The notes: a model not told the origin generated them from the letters alone. Positions 1 through 14,245 are shown, counted from the whole stretch's first letter. The stretch: 63,845 bases of DNA, filler included, from Bigelowiella natans CCMP2755 (GCA_000320545.1; 7 parts of 7 records of this genome joined end to end with filler, not necessarily neighbours in it); one strand, 5' to 3'. A program made the numbers and translations.

Positions 1-149
1 CATTATATAGACACAGTAATGTACGAATATGTAGATATTAAGACACATGTGTATATAGTAGATATCTCTCTCACAATATGCTGCAACAGCAATATTAACT
101 ACTACTTCTACTAATATCTTCCACGACTCCTTTCCCACCCACATACATG

Positions 150-205
<56 letters not shown>

Positions 206-299
206 TATTATCTAGAGAGCAAAAGAGGAAGGAGAGATAGCAAATAGACGGTAGCTCATAATCCTACAGAAACATCAGGGAGCATGTTTTCCCCAGGTA

Positions 300-480
300 C
301 TACATACCAGTGGGACTTCGTGTCGCAGGAGATGCTGTCGGTGCCGTGCTGGGGATCGCAGTCGGGCTGAACGTGGGGCTAATGGACGCTCCAACAACGA
401 TGCCTTGGGTGAGGACCTCTATCACGATGACGAAAATGGCGATTAAATCCTTTGTACTGGATGCATAAGAACCCCATGCT
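300..480 (-). CDS. Exon of a Pro/Thr/Ser-rich (SPT/APT repeat) protein; the gene probably continues beyond the window start
   Basis: ORF 300-593(-) contains a hydrophobic stretch (LIAIFVIVIEVLTQGIVVGA) followed by SPTFSPTAIPSTAPTASPATRSPT, a mucin-like stalk motif common in protist surface proteins. Upstream exons are unresolved. Confidence 0.35.
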
Positions 481-1236
481 CTATTCCATGATCGCGGCAC
501 TGAGAAAACGTGGTGCGCATGAGGAAGAGAGGAGATCAATGGAGGTAATGCAATGAGCAACATGTGCACATTATGTGCATAAGTTAACCGCATAGAGCTG
601 CTTCATCTCTCTCCCGCCCCCACAAACACACGCACAGTAGCTAACACATGGCACAAAACTTCCGACTGTAAAAGAAGCCTATGACTGTTACGGAGGTTGA
701 AGAAAGACAATAGATCTACCTTGGGAGGCAGGAGCCATGGAGCAAGATCTTGCTTCTGTGCGTTCACTGCTTGTATGTCGGTTACGGGCCGAACTTACTT
801 ATTCGGTTATATTTTGACTGCTGCGACATCCAAAAGCACCATGATTTCTCTACACATATCACAGGAGATGCCTTCTAAAAATAGGCGAGAAAGAACTTTC
901 TGCGACAGCTTGTCTCCATTGTCGCTTGTTGCCAAAAGGAGACTGTCGGGAGAGAAAGAGAGTCGCGAACAGAACGCGGATATCCATGGACATCTTCCTT
1001 CATTCCCTAGGCCTTTTTTGTACGACATCTAGGGGTTTTTTCCTTTGAGTTTTGGAAAATTGCGAGAAAAGGTAGCAAAATGTAGTCGCAGGGAAAAGAT
1101 TGGATCCATTTTGAACCCTGATGAGAAGGGAAATAAATGCCCCAACCAGCCATCGCCCCTCATTGCAACCCCTCCTTAGCACTCTGCATTTAATCGGAGA
1201 GAAATAGTGTTCTAGTGGTTGATTGCGATAAATAGC

Positions 1237-3958
1237 ATGGTGTCGTGGAGTAAACCGAGCGGTGGGGCAGCTGTAATGGTCCTCGGCGGTGTTGCGGTAT
1301 CATGTGCCATAGGCGTTGCGTTTGCCACGGGCCTGTGGGACCGAATCAAAGTTCAAACGGAATGCGCGTACCTTCAACTGAAGGTCACTTCCTACACCAA
1401 CGCTACCACCGTGTGAGTGTAGTATCTTCGCCGCCTACTTTGCGAATTGATTATAAAACCCGTTCCGTAACTCGGACAATTGGAGGCCATCAATCACTCT
1501 TGTGCGCAAATGGTCGCCGCAAATGCGGAGCTATCTTCCAAAGTCCTTTGCTGGAAAATTTCGGGATACATCATTGACTCTGTTCATTTTCACTGTTCGT
1601 AGGAGCTCGGTAATACTGGAGGTTCGCTGCTATCGTGGCCAGAGACTCAATATCATATATTTTGCGTACTGGGGATCGAGGTGAGTACAGCTTCGGGGAA
1701 GTCAGGGAGGATGAGAATGCGAGCACAAATTTCTTTTAGAGAAACTTGCAAGCCGAACATTATATTCTAACATGAATGACCTCCGTCTGCGAGGTTTGAA
1801 GTTCCGATGGATGTTGATGATTCTGTTGATTTTGGTCGTTTCCTTTCTTGTCCGGTAGTAAACCGACTGAACTGCGCGACACCCAACTCTCCCCCCCCCT
1901 TATCTATCTTCTCCCTAAATTTCTGTTGGCAGGCCAATAGGAGGCGAGAATATTATCAGAACCTCCGGGCGGGGATCTCCGAATTTAAAGCAGGGCTACC
2001 GCATGTAAGAAAAAGGCAGGGCAGGGAGGGGGGAAGCCAGCAATGATGTCATTTTATCATGAATGGATTATTATTAATCACGATGGAACAGGCACAAAAT
2101 CATGAGTCTTTCTAGCTTCGTCACTTGTAGATAATAATTTCCGGTAGTTACAGTGAGATGAGAGACTCCTATTTCTTTTTCCCCCTCTGCTGCTTCTCAG
2201 GTTAATACCGCCAACTCCAGCGCGGCAGATGACGAAAAGAGTGTGAAGAAATGCTTCCCCATTTAAAACACAGCACAATATGCACATTTGCTCGTATAAA
2301 TACACGCAATACATAGATGTACTTGTATAGTGTTTTCCACGCAACCAAAAATAGTATACACTCACCACACACTACATGCAAACACACACACACACGCAAA
2401 CATACGGTTTTGCCAGTGAAGAAGATGATGATGGAGGCAAAGCAGCAGCCCATTCTCAAACAGCTGGTGCTAATTGGTGGGGGGCACACGCACGCGTTCG
2501 TGCTAAAGATGGCGGGGATGAAGCCCATCGCGGGCGTGCGAATCGTGCTCATCACACGTGACGTGATGACTCCATACTCCGGGATGCTTCCAGGCCATGT
2601 GGCCGGAATGTAAGCTCTATGATTGAAATACTTCCTTCTTTCAATATATCTATGACTCTGTTTCTCCTCCTTACTACTACCACTACTACTGCCGCTGCTA
2701 CTACTACTATTCTACTATTCTACCACCAAGAAGAATGCTGCGCCATGTCTTCCTGTCCAAATACCGATGTTTCGCCTTTAAGCTGCTATTTATGTATGAA
2801 GGTACACGCGCGATGAGTGTCACATCGATCTGGTGCGGCTTGGCGAGTTCGCCGGCGTCAGCGTCGTTCACGCGGAGGCCGTGAATATCGACCGGAAAAG
2901 CAAGCTCGTGGAGCTGGGCAACGGCCAACCCCCAATCCCCTACGATGTTCTTTCGATCGATATTGGATGCACGCCGATGACGGGAGGTAGTCAGAGGGGC
3001 TTCATAGATAATAGTAAACACAACATCGTATAAGGATAACTGCCCTCTGTATCTTGAAATCTTCTCGAAGCAATTCACGCACACACACACACACACACAC
3101 ACACATAAACACACACACATAAACACAAACACACACACAGGCATTGAAGAAAAGACTTCAGGGATCACTAAAGTGAAGCCGATAGACGGTACGATGTAAC
3201 AGCATGTCACAGATACCGAGCACACTTATAAACGTAAAGATATAGACCCATTTAAACCATTGTGTACTTTGAAGACTCATTATCTCTTTCGTATTTCCTC
3301 TTCTTCCTCCCCTCCCTTCTCCTCCTTTCTCCCCCCCTCCCCCTTCCCCTTGAATTCTGATGCCGTTCTAATATTTCTAATCATCATCATCAATAACCAC
3401 CCTGCAGGATTTGCAGCGCGTTGGGATGCCCTTCTCGAGAGGGTGGTGAAGTCCGACCCCAAGGAACCTATTCAAGTCGTCGTTGTGGGGGGGGGCGCAG
3501 GCGGTACGTGCCGCATGAAGATGAAGCTTTCCCCGAGCATGTTGTCCGGAAGTGAATATGATTTGCGTTGTTTGAGACAGCCGCATGCATATGCGGGAAA
3601 TTGTTTTCAGAAATGACCGCTTCCTTATTGGTTTTCTCTTGCTCCGATCGGGTGATACGACATAACTATTCTCCTCCTCCTCCTCCTTTTTTCTCTTAGG
3701 CGTTGAGCTGGCCTGTTCGATGCAACTTCGTATAGAGAATGAGCTCAAAATCATTGGGAAATCCACCAACCATGTACCAACCGCCGCACAGTCATTCATC
3801 CATTTCCAACAACTTTCCCTTCTCTCTCTATCTATCTATTTTCCTCTCCTCTACTCTTTTCCCTTCCACCTCTATTTTGAAAAACAAATATGGTTTTATT
3901 TCTCGGTACCACCGAAACGCACGGTTGCCTAGCCTCCCCCGCCCCCCTTGGGAAGCAG

Positions 3959-3989
<31 letters not shown>

Positions 3990-6065
3990 GCAAGTGCCAC
4001 CAGTCCTTTTCTCTGTTTAACTACCTTTTGAGTTTGTCTGAATCCATAGCAACCTTCTGATCCATATCCCTCCTCCTTCTCCTCCTTCTCCTCCTTCTCC
4101 TCTTCCTCCTGCTCTTGTGTGCTTTTTCTTTCTCTCCTCTGCCTCCTGCTCTTGTGTGCTGTTTCTTTCTTCCCTCTGCTCCAGGTCTCCTTCTCGCTGG
4201 TGACACGCGGTGATAAGATTCTCTCCTCACACAACGATGAGGTGCAGGCTGCGTTTGCGCGCATCATGGGTGAGAGGAAAATCGCCATCAGATTCAACTG
4301 CGAGGTAGTGTCCGCTCGCAACAAAGAGGGGGGGGGGGGAGGAGGAGTCCTGATTTGTGAAGACGGCGCGACGGTAGACTACGACGAATGCATATGGTGT
4401 ACGAGTGCTGGGGCAGCGCCGTGGCTTGCAAAAACAGGTGATATGGTTTTTTTTCAATAAATGCATTCATTGATTGATTGTCGTCGATGGGCAAGATCTT
4501 TCAGTATTTTATCTTCAATGACCTTCTTCTTTCTCCCATTCCTCCCCCCCCCCCCCCCCCCCCTTCTCTCTCTCCCTTTTTCTCTCCACCCCGCCCCTTC
4601 CCATGCTCCCCGCTATCCGCTCCGCCGTGCTGCAGGGCTGCGACTCGATACGCGCGGTTTCATCGAAGTGAACGATTACTTGCAAAGCACCAACGACGAT
4701 TGCGTTTTTGCCGCTGGCGACTGCGCGCATATGCGGAACTTTCCCAGGCCAAAGGCAGGCGTTTTTGCCGTGCGGGCGGGGCCCCCGCTGAACCAAAATT
4801 TGCGCCGGAAACTTGCCGGGCAGGAGTTGGTAGCCTACGAGCCGCAATCGCGGTTTCTGGGCATCATAGGGACCGGAAGCAAGGAGAGCTGCGTGGCATC
4901 AAAGGGAACGATGTGTCTACAAGGTCGATTCTTTCATGTGCCTACTATGCGGCTGATGATGCTTATGATGATGATGATGTTTTCAAAGACACGTTCACAC
5001 TGCAAGAATGATGATGCGGCAAAATTCTGCAAGAGATTCGCATGCAGATTCGTGACGACTACGACTACTACTACTACTACTGCTACTGCTACTACTACTA
5101 TTACTATAACTACCAGGCGCGTACCTCTGGCAGCTGAAGGACTGGATCGACCGCAAATGGATGGCAGACTATACAACGGCGCTAGCAGAGAAGAAGAAGG
5201 CCATGATGGATAAGATGAAAATGGACACTCCCTCGGCAGCTACGGGTCGGTTGTGATGATGATGATGATGGTGGTGATTATGATGATGATGATGATGATG
5301 ATGCGTGCTCTCGCCACCAATCGTTCCTCCTCCTCTCCACCCCAATTGAGTATGTCCATACTTACGACGATAAATAAACTGCGAACTCATCAGGGAAAGA
5401 AGCCCTCGCAATACTGCAAGAGTCTGTGATGCGCTGTGGTGGATGCGGCTCCAAGGTATATAGAAGCAAAAGCACGTTAACTGTAACCATCTCTCCCCCC
5501 CCCCCCCCCCCCCTCCCTTCCCTGCTGGGAGATCCCGATCGTCCCATGACAAACACTCAAAAACGATCTGCGACACAGAGGTCTCTGTGCCCCTCCTCTC
5601 TCCTCCTCCCTTGCTTTAACGCTTTTCATGTGGCGACTATTTAAGGGTGGGGGCTCTACCTTATCAAAAGTCATGCGAAGGCTTAAAGAGGAGAAATCCG
5701 TTCACTCACGTACGTTGCGAAAATCCCACCTCTCTTAGCGGAAGAAGAATGGAAATACCCCTCAGCAACTGAAGGCAAACCTCATGCTCCTCCAAATTTC
5801 CCCCCCCCCCCCCCCCTCTCCTACTCCTACTCCTGCTTCTACTTCCTACCTTTTTAGGCCCTGAGGTGCTGATCGGGCTTGATGACCCTGATGATTGCGC
5901 GATGGTAGAGATATGGTGGTGATGGTGATGGTGGTGGTGGTAATGATGATGATGATGATGATGAGAGGATGGCGAAGTAAATAGCAAACGGGGCATAATA
6001 CGCTCGCGCGTATGAACAGGCGACTATTAAGCACAACGCATATAGAATTTATTATTGGGGTATAA

Positions 6066-6105
<40 letters not shown>

Positions 6106-7598
6106 TTGGTTATGAGAGGATATTATCGTTGCAGGTATCGCTTCCAAGTGAAGAGGGAAAAGCTGTCGTTCACACAGTCGATTTCTTCCGAAGTTTCATT
6201 GCCGACCCGTACGTTTTCGGGAAAATCGCCGCGAACCACGCCCTCTCCGACTGCCACGCAATGGGCGCAGACACGGTCTGTGCACGTGTTATACGTGCAT
6301 GTTGTGCGTTGTGCGCACATGTGTGTATGGATGTGTGTGCTCGTGGTGTACTTTTGATGTCTGCCGAAGAACAAAGGACGGCGAAGCTATAGAGCAATAA
6401 GATGTGTACGGAGAAACTAGATTTTGTCTCCGCGACACGGCCCGGGACAAAACGCTTGCGCATTCCCATTTCATTTGGTTGAGTACTAGGTTGTGAGTTG
6501 TTGTGGTTCTTCTATCTCTCTCTCTCTCTCTCCCCCCCCCCCCCCTCCCTGCCCTTTCGTCCCTCGCATGCGCATGCGTATTATCAGGTTTCGGCGCTTG
6601 CCGTTGTTGTGATTCCCTACGCAACGAGCAAAGTGATGGAGGATATGCTGTACCGTGTCATGGCTGGTGCGTGCGAGGTTCGGTTTGAATTATGTGCTGT
6701 AAGAAGCAATGCATGGTTAATATCCTGTGCGCGCGCGCGCGCGCACGTGCGTGTGTGTGAGAGAAAGAGAGAGAGAGAGAGAGAGAAAACAAAGTCGAAA
6801 CCCCTTCTCTCTATCCCCCGCCCCCCTTTGACAAACAGGTGCTGAAGGAAAGCGGTTGTGCACTTGTGGGGGGGCACACGTGCGAAGGCCCCGAGCTTGC
6901 GCTAGGCTTTGCGGTCAATGGATACGTTGATGCTAAGAGGGTGATGAAGAAGGCTGGAATGAAGGAAGATCAGGTACAAACCGCAGAGTGGCGAGAGCAA
7001 GTGCCATAAAACAGCTATGGGAGTTTCTTCTTCTTCGTTTCACGTTGAAGGCGTCTCTGCAGGGAAATGCTTTAGTTTTTCTTCTTCCGCGAACGCATGG
7101 CCGGACTGCGGCGCGCAGTGTGCAGTATGCTTTTCAATAGAACAGAATGAAGTTAAACACAGCAAATATTGTAAATGTACTTACTATACGCATACGCACG
7201 CATTGACATAAGCTGGCACGAAATTCGATTAGTATTCAATCGTGAAAGCAAAACCTTCTCCCTTACAAAATCTTCCCCCCCCACCCCTTTGTTTCCCTCT
7301 TTATCTCTCAGCTCCTCATCCTCACCAAGCCCGTCGGCACTGGCACTCTCTTTGCTGCTAATATGCGCTGCGAAGCGTTCGGCCGTGACGTTGCAGCCGC
7401 TCTGGACACCATGTGCCAGTCAAACAAACGTGCGGGGGAGATCCTGATGGAGAGCGGAGCGCGCGCCTGCACCGACGTGACTGGCTTCGGCGTTCTTGGC
7501 CACCTGCACGAAATGACGCATGCTTCAGCGGTCGGGGCCGAGATTAATCTTGATAAAGTTCCGTTTCTGAGCGGGGCGGTGGAATGTGTGAGGAAAGG
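1237..7598 (+). CDS. selD: Selenophosphate synthetase (SelD/SPS) fused to an N-terminal pyridine nucleotide-disulfide oxidoreductase (NADH dehydrogenase-like) domain; about 19 exons; 3' end lost in gap
   Basis: Spliced exons give [72 protein letters not shown] (oxidoreductase). SelD motifs follow: MRCGGCGSK (5429-5455), [70 protein letters not shown] phases are consistent. The 1237 start is less certain than the core. Confidence 0.93.
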
Positions 7599-7616
7599 TG
7601 AGCTTCGTGCATGTGC

Positions 7617-7669
<53 letters not shown>

Positions 7670-7769
7670 NNNNNNNNNNNNNNNNNNNNNNNNNNNNNNN
7701 NNNNNNNNNNNNNTTAATTAATTAANNNNNNNNNNNNNNNNNNNNNNNNNNNNNNNNNNNNNNNNNNNN
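7670..7769. other. Assembly gap with artificial TTAATTAATTAA linker
   Basis: N-run, TTAATTAATTAA (stops in all six frames), N-run; the same structure occurs at all six gaps. Confidence 0.98.
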
Positions 7770-7947
7770 GGGGGGGGGGGAGTATAGATGATATGTGCAT
7801 GTGTGATTGTCGGCACAATGCGCACGGGAGAAGTAGAGAAAAACAAATATCAGCAAAGTTGACGTGACATCCATGATACACAGTGCCGTAGATAGAGATG
7901 CGCATGTGATGGAACGGATCGATTTACAGATGCTGTTCCTTTCGTCC

Positions 7948-9934
7948 TCACTCCTCTCCTTCATCTTCATCATCATCATCATTATCATCATCATCATCGT
8001 CGTCGTCTTCATCGTCCTCGCCGGCGTCGTTTGGGGTCCCTTGGGGGCCGTCTGGGAGGGGACATCTTTTATTATTAAAGGAAGACGCTCTAGTTGCTGG
8101 TGGAATCCTTGTAATAATGAAATCGGCTGCAAGGGAATAGGAGGAGGAGGAGGAGGAGGAGGAGGAGGAGGAGATCAATCACGGACAATGGACAACAATT
8201 GATATTTGCTACGGCTGTGCAATACCTTATGTTTCATATCCGTTTTCGCGAGTACGTCGCAGAAGAAAGCTCGTTCCACCGCGGAGTCCCGTGTCTAAAG
8301 CAACGACAAGAACTATCACAAGTCTGTTGAGAAGGGGTTTAGATGGAGCGACAAAAGGAAAGAATGGAATGCAAAAACGTTTCAATGTTCCATAGCACGT
8401 CACAGCTGACGGTCCTGGCAAGCTTGGTCAATCGAAATCATCATCGTTCTCCATCTTCGTACGACTCTCTGACCAGCCTTTCTTTCATCACTTTTTTTTT
8501 AGTCAATCTCACTTGGTACGCTAGCATGCAGCAGTTATTCTTCGTCAATAGCGTCGACAGCGTTTGCACCTGCATGTATTTACACACACACACGCACTCA
8601 TATATACACACGTGTTCACATGTGTCACAACTATGTGCAGCAGGCATCGCATCGAGCGACAGCAGAGGTGGGAAAATATAGAAAGAAATGTTCAGTCACA
8701 GTACCAGCAGGGGGTGCAGCTTTCTCTGGTAAATGCAATCCGAACATAGAATGAGGTCAAATGGGCCATGGGCTGCGACTTCTCTGGGAACATCCTTTTG
8801 GATTTCGCCATATTGTGAGAAATCATCGATCGAATGGCAAAGACAAAGCTGATTTATTCGCTGAATGTACCTTTGTCCCCCACATCAACTCTTCCACGTG
8901 CACTTTCCCGGGAGCCCTGACACATACATGTGTATATTTTCACACACGCACACGCCACACATATTTATTTATTGATGTGTACGTCTTTGTAGTTCCCGAC
9001 GTGTTTTACATTGCCAACACTACTAGCATCATATACTACCGATTCAGCAGTCGTGAGGTTTTTAAAACGGCACTGGCGTTTCTTCTTAAATTCTCCCTTG
9101 TACGGTCTGTCGGGATCACGCATGACGATAGCAAAGGGATTAGCATATCATGATGTTGCATTTCCACAATGCTGCTGCTTACTGAGGCATTCCTTGAGAT
9201 CTGTGAAAACCACATCGAGGCCAAGAGCCCACAATGCCATCCCAGCAACGGGAGATGCACCGCAACCGAGCTCAATCGCGCAAAACCTATCGGTTTTTTT
9301 TGCCAACCTACGGATCACGTACTGCAGGAGCAGTCGTCGACAAACAGTTGTACACAACTTTATCTCAGGTATATAAGTACAACAACAGCGGTTAATAAAG
9401 GTATCCTAGCTATGTTATTCATCTTAGGAACCGACCTCTGCAACGATGTTCTCCACATACCATAACGTCCCCCCCGTGCCTTTTTTAATCATAAAGATGC
9501 CGAGGTCACACTACGACGATGATGACATTTTGAGATCATAGCAGCGACATCAGTATCCTCAAGATGACAAACAGCGCATCCATTGATTCTTAGCGAAAGG
9601 AGGTCGTAGTGAATTTTCTCACCCACTGATTTGCTTCCGAACAGGTCATACTGCGCAAGATCGAGGACCAGTGGTATCCCGATGAAGCGTACAGCAACGC
9701 TCCTCTTGTATTCGGTTTTTGATATGGCCTGAAGTTTCGAGGCAAACGTCACTCAGCTCATCGCCATCGTAGCATACAAGTCAAATTCGAACGAACCTCG
9801 ATGCGCTTCGAGTTGGAAAAGAGTGGGTGAACGATGAGCGCTCGACACTTCACTGCCTTCCACGCTCCCTTCTTTTCGCCCAGTCCCTCTAATGTTTTAG
9901 TTCGTCCTCCACATGCGTCCCCCTCCGTCTCCAT
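7948..9934 (-). CDS. Protein-lysine methyltransferase, METTL21/Methyltransf_16 family (multi-exon; last exon uncertain)
   Basis: Spliced reading: METEGDA..., GTGGTLWYVENIVAEYV, AIELGCGASPVAGMALWALGLDVVFTDL (motif I/post-I), RENLRRN, VHVEELMWG, FDLILCSDCIY (motif II/DxxY), MLAYQTRD. These are the characteristic motifs of this 7-beta-strand family. Confidence 0.88.
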
Positions 9935-10668
9935 TACTGCCTCTTGGCTCTGGCTATGACTCCAGACGACGACGACGCCTATCTCGCCATCGCGCTGGCG
10001 TCGTGCAGTTTCCGATACACCTCACTAGACAATAATTATAAGTATCTTTCTGGTGTATTCTATCACATCAAAACATATTTCAGAAGAGCTCGACATCTGG
10101 AGCTCGCAGGCAACAAAGGAAGTTTGGCCCCTTCTTCCCCGCAAACAACCACCGATTTTCTGCCGAGCGGAACATTGCTTCTCGGCCGCTCTCGGGAGCC
10201 TTATTCGGTGTCCGTTCGTTCGTAGGTCTAAATTCCAGAAGATATTCGGGCTGCGACAACTACCGAAAAGGCTAAAGATCATCGATCGGCCCAAAGGAGC
10301 AGCTCTTTCATCAGGTATATTATGACTGCGACATGAAATATTTTAAGTCGCCTTCTCTTTTTGGATAGCACTCGGCACGTTTGAAGGAAGACATTACCGG
10401 TAGTTTTGAAATTTCCGGAAGCCGTTATCATCGGTGGGGGGGTAACTGATGGACCATCGCCCTGCGCGCGGTGGCGAGGACAGCGAAGGAATTCGGGAGG
10501 TGAGAGAGGTCACAATATATTAATCTCTGAGACTTACCTGGTGTCGCTGTACACGTTTTGGTTTTCATCTTTGCTGCCCTTTCACCTTATTTCACTGCCC
10601 TTCTTTGTTGCTCTGTTCTTTCTGTGACCAGGTTCACAAGAGCAGTTGGGTGACGCCAGATTCCATAC

Positions 10669-12443
10669 AATGGCCGGTGCGTTCGATGCGCATGCATATG
10701 CAACTTGTAAAAAAATCCAGTTCTGCTGTGATTGTGGAGTACAATATACCGCCGTTTCCCTATGTGACATAATTATGAAGTGGTCTTCGGCTGGATTTTC
10801 TTATTTATCGGTATTAGGCGTTAAAGAAATCCACAGTTCGCAAATCTTTTCGGACCAGCACTTCACAAACACTCAAGAAAAAGGGCTCCTCGTTCTCAAA
10901 GTTGACATGAATATTGATCATCAAAACATCCGCCATTCCGTTTACATTAAAATTAGCGTTCACCCCGCGAGCGAGGAGTTGGGTTGGTAGAGTAAGCCAG
11001 CATGGCAATGAGAGATAAGCAGCAGCTAAGTAAGGATTCTAGGGGCATTGCTCACAGTTGATCATTAATATATTTATATAAGTAATATACATTAATACTA
11101 ATTCGATAATCTGTCGCTCCCTCTAACCTGGTGATTTTCCCAGGACCCCTCGATTTGGCAAGGAGACCCCGGCACAAATAGTGAAAGCAAGGAAGCTCCA
11201 GGCCCGTGCTGAAGCTGCCGAAAAGCAACGTCGCGAAGAAGAACGAGAGGAGCTTCAAGCTCTCCACGATGAGCTTGAGGAACTCTATGAATTGCAGCAG
11301 CAGCAACGACAGGGTGCGTTTTTATATTTGGCACACTGTCTGAGGGGGAAGCGATTGAGCATCTAAGCGAACTCAATATGAACCTATTAGCCTAGTGATG
11401 CGATGAATTCTATATGTAAGTGTTTTTGCATGTGGGTGGGTGTGTTATGTGATGCTTTGTCACTCTTGGCCTTAACCTCTTCTTAGCGACGATGCAGGCG
11501 TGGGGGCAGTTTATGAGCGTTCAGAAGCAGTGAGTCATATATGAGACGAGTTTTTCCTCTTTAAGCTGTTACTAGCACATCCTACTATTGCTATCCCTCC
11601 CCTCTCCCCCCACCTCGCTTGAACGAACACTTTTGACGTATGTTCTGCAAACTGATCGTGGATGATCTTGTAGACATTCGCGTCCGTCAACGGCTGCGAC
11701 CACGGATATCCTCCAAAAGGGAAGACGAGATCCAAGGCTTGGAGGTAAGGGTTACATCAATGGTGTATATAAGTACGAATGTTCAATGGCCTTCAGAAAA
11801 CGAGGCCGCGTGCTCATTCGTACACACAGCCCACTTACACTCAAACAAATTTTCGCACGCAAACAGGCGGCTCGACGCTTCAAGAGGCTCTGAACGAAAT
11901 CAAAGGATTAGGCCCTTTGAAGGCATGGGGTGCAGAAGACGAGGAGGAGGAGCGCGGCATAGACGGTGCGAGGCCAACCCCTTTCCAATATCTCGCACCC
12001 AAAAAATAATAGGGACATTTTTGAATCGGCATCTTTCTGCGATGGTGATATGTGAGAAGAGGTGTGGGGAGATGAGTGTTGGCGTACGATAGGAGCGCGC
12101 AGTAGCCCGATGTTCTTCGATGCAGTCTAGAATTCATTCTCATATCTGGGCATTGCCAAACCAACATCAGGCTTCAGCGCCATAGAAGGTGACGCTACAG
12201 GAGGCAGGAGCGATGACGACGACAACACAAGGGTCACAGCCTCGACATCCCGTCCTCCTTTCTACTTCGAGCAAAAAGGAGACATCATCCACGATGACGA
12301 CGACGACGACGACGACGACAATGACGACGGAGAGGAAAGCGGCGAGGGGGTGGGCGTTGTAGGATGCTGGCTGGTGCTGAAAGTTGACTATGCCCATGCG
12401 ATCGAGACACAGACAAACGTAAGACTTGCACACATAGTTTACA

Positions 12444-12494
<51 letters not shown>

Positions 12495-12555
12495 ACTCAC
12501 CAGACACCCATATACGTGTATATTTTGTTCGAATCTTTATATAAACGATACTGTA

Positions 12556-12605
<50 letters not shown>

Positions 12606-14206
12606 TGGGGGGGGGGCTTGAACCTCAACTCGAAAGATTTTCGTCGAGGAAATCGTGGAGGACCTGTCGCGCACCAGCGGTATAGAGGAGAAAAGAATAT
12701 CGATCGAACGGGTCGGATATTTGTCGGATGAAAGTGATGAGGTCCAGGATGCGGCAGCGCTCAGGATGAGAGGGAGAAGGCCGCATAAGGCGAACAGATC
12801 CTACGCGGGAGAGGAATCGAAGCAACACGACGAAGATGAGAACTCAGCGCAAATATATGTTGAGTTCTGGATTTCGAGGCGGAAAAGAAGGAGGGAAATG
12901 AAGGGAAGCGATGATCATCACGATGAAGGTGCTTGCAGTATCTCTCGCTAAATTTCATTGTTTGGAGAACTGAGCTTGCTCGAAATGTGCAAAATGGTTC
13001 TACTTTAAATAACATGAATAAATGCACCATATAAATACGTATTGGAGGGGAGGAGAGTTGCAAGTAACTATTTGGGAATACAAGACTGAATCCCCCGCCC
13101 CTCCTTCCTTCTCTCCATCTCCCTGTTTAATTTCCATACAAAGAAAACGCTACGTCTTCCTCTTCCTCCTCGGTGTCTGCGTTGCATGGTGCAGTGGACC
13201 TCCTTCGTCAGTCGCGCGACGCAAAGAGTGTGATGTTGACTGACACGATTCACTGTGTGCACCTCGTCGCTCTGGGCTCTGGCCAAGCGGAAGCTTACCT
13301 GCAGATCCATGACGAGGTAGAAGGAGAAGATGAAAAAAAAGAAGAGGAGGAAGAAGAAGTGGCAACACGAATCAACCAAAAATCCTTTCTCTTGTGCAAA
13401 GGGAGGTCGTGATGGAGGTTGATTCTGATTTGTTCGAATTGTACAACTTGAAGGTGAGCCGGGCGCATCGCCGCGGAGGCAAAGGGAACGGCAGCAGGGG
13501 AGGCGACATCGCTGACAAATCCGGTTCAGGGAAGATGTTTATACCCCAAATGACGGTGCCGAAACCGTTCAAGTTTGCTGCGACAAAGAAGGCCAAGGAA
13601 AATACCACAACATCCCAGCGGAACCTGCAAGAGTAGAATCATTTTCTCTGATACAACATACCCTTGTTTGTCTCCTGTCTCTCCCCCCTCCCACCTCTTC
13701 CCACTTTTGTCTCTTCTCCCGATCGTGGCTTGCACTAGTCATCATTCTTCGCTCCCTTCCTCTCAACATCATCCTCGCTGAGTAGGTACCTTCTCGAGCT
13801 TAGGGAAGAAGAGAGACGGAATCGTCAGCGTCGTCGGTTCAAAGCCAAACCTGTTCCAGCCTCCACCTTCGTGCCCAAGCTCAAGCGAATGCAAGAGGAA
13901 AGCGAGCAGAGGAAGGCTACTCGGGAAAAGATCCTGCAGAAAAAATACGACGATGCTGCGGCGCGGAGGAGGAAAAGGCAACAGCAGCAAGCTGATGGCG
14001 GCAGCCCCGGTGAGTGAGTGAGTGAGTAAGTGAATAGGCCATCGGAAATGAACACTCCGTAGAATTACGTTTCAAAAATCCATCCGAGAGGGTGGGTTCA
14101 AAAGTGCAGTGTTAGATCGATAGATTGTGGGGAGACTCTTCTTGGAGGGTCGCTCTTCGAATGATATCATGTACCAGCGTTGCATAATATTATATGTGTG
14201 TATTTA

Positions 14207-14245
<39 letters not shown>

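Noticed and set aside
7714-7725. Recurrent TTAATTAATTAA palindrome between N-runs (six copies)
   Set aside because: Artificial scaffold linker with stops in all six frames; not biological.
9730-9796. In-frame TGA (ATG GCG ATG AGC TGA GTG...) upstream of the methyltransferase exon, next to selD, suggesting a selenoprotein
   Set aside because: It falls inside a phase-compatible GT-AG intron of about 67 nt that joins METEG...KRIE to AISKTEY, so no readthrough is needed.
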